Origin: a virus
Strand: one strand, 5' to 3'
Length of the DNA: 36,045 bases
Virus record (IMG/VR): IMGVR_UViG_3300031965_000093
Span: 1 to 36,045 of that record
Shown here: positions 33,136 through 36,045 of the stretch, one piece after another
How positions within the stretch are numbered: position 1 is the stretch's first letter
Layout: each line of letters begins with the position of its first letter
Program-made: the position numbers and the translations under genes
The notes under the pieces: generated by a model
Database searches by the model: none
The model's input: the letters and a program-made list of their open reading frames with translations, nothing else
Told to the model about the DNA's origin: nothing

Positions 33136-33312
33136 ATGAAAAAAATTTTAAAATCAAGAACCGTGTGGGTGATTGCGTTTATGTTTATTATGGGAGGTTT
33201 TCAAGCGATTGAAGTGACAATGACACCGCAAGTCTTTTTGTTTGTTCAAGGAGGATTATCACTTCTTGCAACTTATTTCAAGATAAACCCATCGCAAGAC
33301 TATACAAAATAA
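33136..33312 (+). CDS. Small two-TM membrane protein, holin candidate (58 aa)
   Basis: MKKILKSRTVWVIAFMFIMGGFQAIEVTMTPQVFLFVQGGLSLLATYFKINPSQDYTK. It has two hydrophobic helices and a charged C-terminus. It is below the track cutoff and adjacent to the lysin. Confidence 0.4.
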   Translation: MKKILKSRTVWVIAFMFIMGGFQAIEVTMTPQVFLFVQGGLSLLATYFKINPSQDYTK

Positions 33313-33364
33313 ATGTGTTATACTTCTAGCACTAATAATTTTTACAGATACTATTAAAAAATAA

Positions 33365-33373
33365 TGTTATAAT
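33365..33373 (+). promoter_or_regulatory. Extended -10 promoter element TGTTATAAT (second copy)
   Basis: Same 9-mer and upstream TTAAAAAATAA context as 5834-5842. It is intergenic. Confidence 0.45.
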
Positions 33374-33379
33374 ATTGTT

Positions 33380-33454
33380 GAGGGTTTATTGGTTTAGCCC
33401 TCTCTATATTTGCATCGATGCCACGAAGCCCCTGTATAGGGGTTTTTGTGTTTT
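33380..33454 (+). ncRNA. Candidate ~75-nt small RNA (promoter, hairpin, 10-bp palindrome, terminator)
   Basis: Hairpin at 33380-33402 (gagggtt/agccctc), palindrome GCATCGATGC at 33412-33421, terminator at 33426-33454. No ORF and not tRNA-like. Confidence 0.3.
33426..33454 (+). terminator. Rho-independent terminator
   Basis: aagcccct-gtat-aggggttt stem-loop followed by tttttgtgtttt. It marks the end of the late/lysis block. Confidence 0.75.
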
Positions 33455-33483
33455 AAAAGTTATTAACAGATTTTATTTGCTTG

Positions 33484-33505
33484 TTGACAGTAATATGGTA
33501 ACATA
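33484..33505 (+). promoter_or_regulatory. Promoter-like 22-nt element TTGACAGTAATATGGTAACATA with a consensus -35
   Basis: 21/22 identical to 303-324. It lies just downstream of the terminator and upstream of 33560. Confidence 0.5.
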
Positions 33506-33559
33506 TAACTAATGGTCGAATTAAAAACCAATTTAAAATAAATTTTATTAAAGAAAATC

Positions 33560-34051
33560 ATGAAAAACGAAATATTAAATATTTTTGAACCAACCGAACA
33601 AATAAGAAGTTGGAAAAGAACCAAAAAAGAAAACAACACATCATTATATATTTTTCTTTCGGTCATAGTGTTATATTTTTTGTTTGGATATTGCCAAAGT
33701 GTTTTCGGAACGATTAGATATGTTGCCGAAGCTGAAGAAGAAAACTTTTACACAATGCAAGCAAGCATAACAGCATACAGCGAATTAGACAGTTGCCACA
33801 ATAAAAATTGCGAGATGGCTAGCACGAAGAGAGCCTATGTAGGAGCTATTGCTTGCCCTCGTGAAATATCCTTAGAAACAAAAGTAATAGTCAAAGGAAC
33901 TACTTACACTTGCGAAGACCGAACAGCAAAATGGGTAGAAGAAAAATACCCAAACACCTTTGACATTTTCTTTGGATATGGCGAAGAAGCCCACATCAAA
34001 GCATTAGAATTTGGAAGACAAAATTTATTAGTTAAGATTTTAAATAAATAA
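33560..34051 (+). CDS. Membrane-anchored 3D-domain (YuiC/MltA C-terminal-like) cell-wall protein
   Basis: N-terminal TM helix (LYIFLSVIVLYFLFGY), then ITAYS...MAST...GAIACPREISLETKVIV...YTCEDRTAK...FDIFFG...FGRQNLLVKIL. Confidence 0.6.
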   Translation: MKNEILNIFEPTEQIRSWKRTKKENNTSLYIFLSVIVLYFLFGYCQSVFGTIRYVAEAEEENFYTMQASITAYSELDSCHNKNCEMASTKRAYVGAIACPREISLETKVIVKGTTYTCEDRTAKWVEEKYPNTFDIFFGYGEEAHIKALEFGRQNLLVKILNK

Positions 34052-34055
34052 AATA

Positions 34056-34292
34056 ATGGAAAACTTAACCAACAAAATAGAAGATTTAAAACTACTAGCA
34101 GATTATTGTGGATTATCATTTTCTGGGATAAATGAAGATGGTTATCCTGAATTTACTGGAACATCAAAACAACAATCAGATTTCGAAGCAATTAAAGATA
34201 ACGAGGTCTATCAAGATGACGAAGGTTTTTATATTGAAACAGAAGATGAAGGTGAAAATCAATTTATTATAAGTAAAATTTATATCAACTAA
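34056..34292 (+). CDS. Highly acidic small protein (78 aa)
   Basis: By hand count, 19 D/E versus 5 K/R, for example YQDDEGFYIETEDEGENQF. Confidence 0.55.
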   Translation: MENLTNKIEDLKLLADYCGLSFSGINEDGYPEFTGTSKQQSDFEAIKDNEVYQDDEGFYIETEDEGENQFIISKIYIN

Positions 34293-34303
34293 CAATAAAT
34301 AAT

Positions 34304-34654
34304 ATGAAATATAAAAGAAATGGAGACCATTATCTCCACCCAATAGAAAACTTACCAAAAGGATTAACAAAAATAGAACATAAAAAAAATTTCGTCTTCG
34401 GAACAGGCGAAGCAAGTAATCATTATCATACCATTGTCTCTGATAGAGTAGATGATTTTGACATTTATCAGGACGAGAAAGGAAGATATTATTTTGTAGT
34501 AAAAACTGACGATGTAAAATGCGGACACTTTGAAGGTAATTCAAATAAAACAGCCGACCACGAAACTATTCCATTACAAAAGAAAATTTATAAGCAAGTT
34601 CTTGAAAGGGAGTTAGATTTTTCAACAGCTATTGAAAGAAATGTAATTGACTAA
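34304..34654 (+). CDS. Hypothetical protein (116 aa) with a GEASNHYH motif
   Basis: Track ORF. The start lies in the AAATAATATG junction. The family is not recognised with confidence. Confidence 0.55.
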   Translation: MKYKRNGDHYLHPIENLPKGLTKIEHKKNFVFGTGEASNHYHTIVSDRVDDFDIYQDEKGRYYFVVKTDDVKCGHFEGNSNKTADHETIPLQKKIYKQVLERELDFSTAIERNVID

Positions 34655-36029
34655 AAATATGATTACAAAATTAAACACAAAACAAGAACAAGCAATTCAA
34701 CCGTTTGTTAAAAAATGGACCGATAGAATTTTAAGGACGGAACAAACAGACGAAGAAATTAAAGAAAACGTTAAAAATATTTATCGTATTGCTGGTTTAC
34801 AAGAACCAAAAGAAGTATGGATAATGGATAGTATGCTTGGTGTTCAGTATGCTTGTAATTTTTTAAACCAAAACATCCACGAAAACATCCACCAGAAAAT
34901 GAAACAGAACATCTTCCAGAACATCAAACGGAACATCTACCGGAACATCCTCCAGAACATCGACCAGAACATCAAACAGAACATCTACCGGAACATCGGC
35001 CAGAACATCGGCCAGAACATCGCCCAGAACATCGTCCAGACCATCGGCCAGAAAATCCTCGAGAACATCCGCCAGAACATCGACCAGAACATCAAACAGA
35101 AAATCCTCGAGAACATCGACCAGAACATCAAACAGAACATCAAACGGAACATCTACCGGAACATCCTCCAGAACATCGACCAGAACATCGACCAGAACAT
35201 CAAACAGAACATCAAACAGAAAATCCTCGAGAACATCTACCAGAACATCTACCAGAACATCGACCAGAACATCAAACAGAACATCAAACAGAAAATGAAA
35301 CAGAACATCTTCCAGAACATCAACCCGTTAGATTATTTTATCACTTCGTGGAATGAAGCTTCTTGGCTACAATGGTATGTTTATCAATTATTCTATTTCG
35401 AAATAGGACTTCTAAAAGAAGATAAATATTCAAAATTATTGAGAGGTTATATCAATAATGTTATAGATATATGGTCAGTTGTCTACTTTGATGAAATTTC
35501 TATTGTTTCCCGAAAACCAAAAATTAAACAAAATCAAGACCAAAGACTACATTCAACAAATTCACCAGCAGTATCGTTTATTGATGGATATGAGTTGTTT
35601 TATATCAACGGAATTAGTTTTGAAAAAGAACTTTGGGAAAAAATAACTTCAAAAAAAATAACATTCAAAGAAGTGTTGGATATTGCAGATGTGGACCAAA
35701 GAAATCAAGCACTTATGTTTGTAGGTGATGAAGAGAGAGATAAATGGCTGGAATATGTAAAAGCAGAAATAATTGATACTTACGAAAAACAAACAATTAA
35801 CGGAAATCCTGTTTATTATAAACTCTACAAAATCCCGAAAAATGAAATATTTTCAACCGATGTATATGCAATGTGGTATACCTGTCCGAGTACTAATAAA
35901 CAGAATTTCAGCCGTGTCCCAGAATTTAAAACAGTCGCAGAAGCAATGGCGTGGAAAGGAAGTGATGACGAAAACATTATTAGCCCAGAAGATTGGAAAA
36001 ATTGTATTCCACTTTTGGATGAGAGTTAA
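34647..36029 (+). CDS. Tetrapeptide-repeat protein: a 74-aa N-terminal domain, 38 x (Q-N-I-x), and a ~235-aa C-terminal domain
   Basis: Translation is uninterrupted through the array. The flanking domains are non-repetitive (N-terminal LNTKQEQAIQPFVKKWTDRIL..., C-terminal ...LHSTNSPAVSFIDGYELFYINGISF...). Confidence 0.8.
   Translation: MTKNMITKLNTKQEQAIQPFVKKWTDRILRTEQTDEEIKENVKNIYRIAGLQEPKEVWIMDSMLGVQYACNFLNQNIHENIHQKMKQNIFQNIKRNIYRNILQNIDQNIKQNIYRNIGQNIGQNIAQNIVQTIGQKILENIRQNIDQNIKQKILENIDQNIKQNIKRNIYRNILQNIDQNIDQNIKQNIKQKILENIYQNIYQNIDQNIKQNIKQKMKQNIFQNINPLDYFITSWNEASWLQWYVYQLFYFEIGLLKEDKYSKLLRGYINNVIDIWSVVYFDEISIVSRKPKIKQNQDQRLHSTNSPAVSFIDGYELFYINGISFEKELWEKITSKKITFKEVLDIADVDQRNQALMFVGDEERDKWLEYVKAEIIDTYEKQTINGNPVYYKLYKIPKNEIFSTDVYAMWYTCPSTNKQNFSRVPEFKTVAEAMAWKGSDDENIISPEDWKNCIPLLDES
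34869..35324 (+). repeat. 38 tandem 12-bp units, consensus C(A/G)GAACATCNNN
   Basis: Units were enumerated by hand from 34869 (caaaacatccac) to 35313 (cagaacatcaac). Internal higher-order duplications are 34917-34973 = 35133-35189 and 34893-34927 = 35289-35323. Confidence 0.95.
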
Positions 36030-36045
36030 TAACAAATAAATAATA
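35919..36045. repeat. Terminal overlap copy B (identical to 1-127)
   Basis: See the first feature. Confidence 0.9.

Noticed and set aside
33380-33454. tRNA in the 247-bp intergenic gap
   Set aside because: The length is right, but I saw no cloverleaf, no GTTC-type T-loop and no acceptor-stem pairing. The 3' hairpin plus T-run is a terminator.
34869-35324. Could the 12-bp array be a CRISPR array or a satellite outside coding sequence?
   Set aside because: The units are contiguous with no spacers and are far too short for CRISPR repeats. They also maintain one open reading frame continuous with both flanking domains.
35773-36039. + strand 88-aa and minus-strand 60-aa ORFs at the window end
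   Set aside because: They are alternative frames within the C-terminal domain of 34647-36029.
1-36045. Alternative genetic code (stop-codon reassignment)
   Set aside because: The standard code gives long, contiguous, motif-bearing ORFs with tight packing. No gene appears fragmented by in-frame TAG, TGA or TAA.

Overview
This window is a complete, circularly closed genome of an AT-rich tailed dsDNA phage. It looks siphovirus-like: it has a tape measure and a G/GT chaperone but no sheath. Bases 1-127 are identical to 35919-36045, so the unique genome is 35,918 bp and the CDS ending at 36029 wraps into the window start. All confident genes except one are on the + strand, tightly packed, and lack Shine-Dalgarno sequences. 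Gene order: (1) an early/recombination module with an ERF annealase, a YqaJ-like exonuclease, a RusA-like resolvase and a DnaD/replisome-organiser-like protein; (2) a ~6-kb glycan-biosynthesis island with an SQD1-like UDP-sulfoquinovose synthase homologue, a SAM methyltransferase, a LicD-like transferase, two paralogous GT-A glycosyltransferases, a GT6 (ABO-like) glycosyltransferase and a short GalE-like epimerase; (3) a decayed DNA methyltransferase; (4) terS/terL; (5) a portal fused to a MuF domain; (6) an HK97-type protease and capsid; (7) head-tail genes and the tail tube; (8) an opposite-strand TM2-domain moron; (9) a chaperone with a canonical -1 frameshift site, then the tape measure; (10) host-recognition genes (a LamG lectin-like protein and a beta-propeller plus C1q-like fibre); (11) a lysis cassette built around a papain (C1)-family peptidase; (12) an early-looking block with a membrane-anchored 3D-domain protein, a very acidic small protein, and a 460-aa protein whose centre is 38 tandem 12-bp (Q-N-I-x) repeats written in GC-rich codons foreign to the rest of the genome. 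I saw no integrase, repressor, tRNA, CRISPR array or reverse transcriptase. The two things I would chase first are the phage-borne sulfosugar/glycan island and the tetrapeptide-repeat gene. All family assignments come from motif recognition by eye and need profile searches to confirm.
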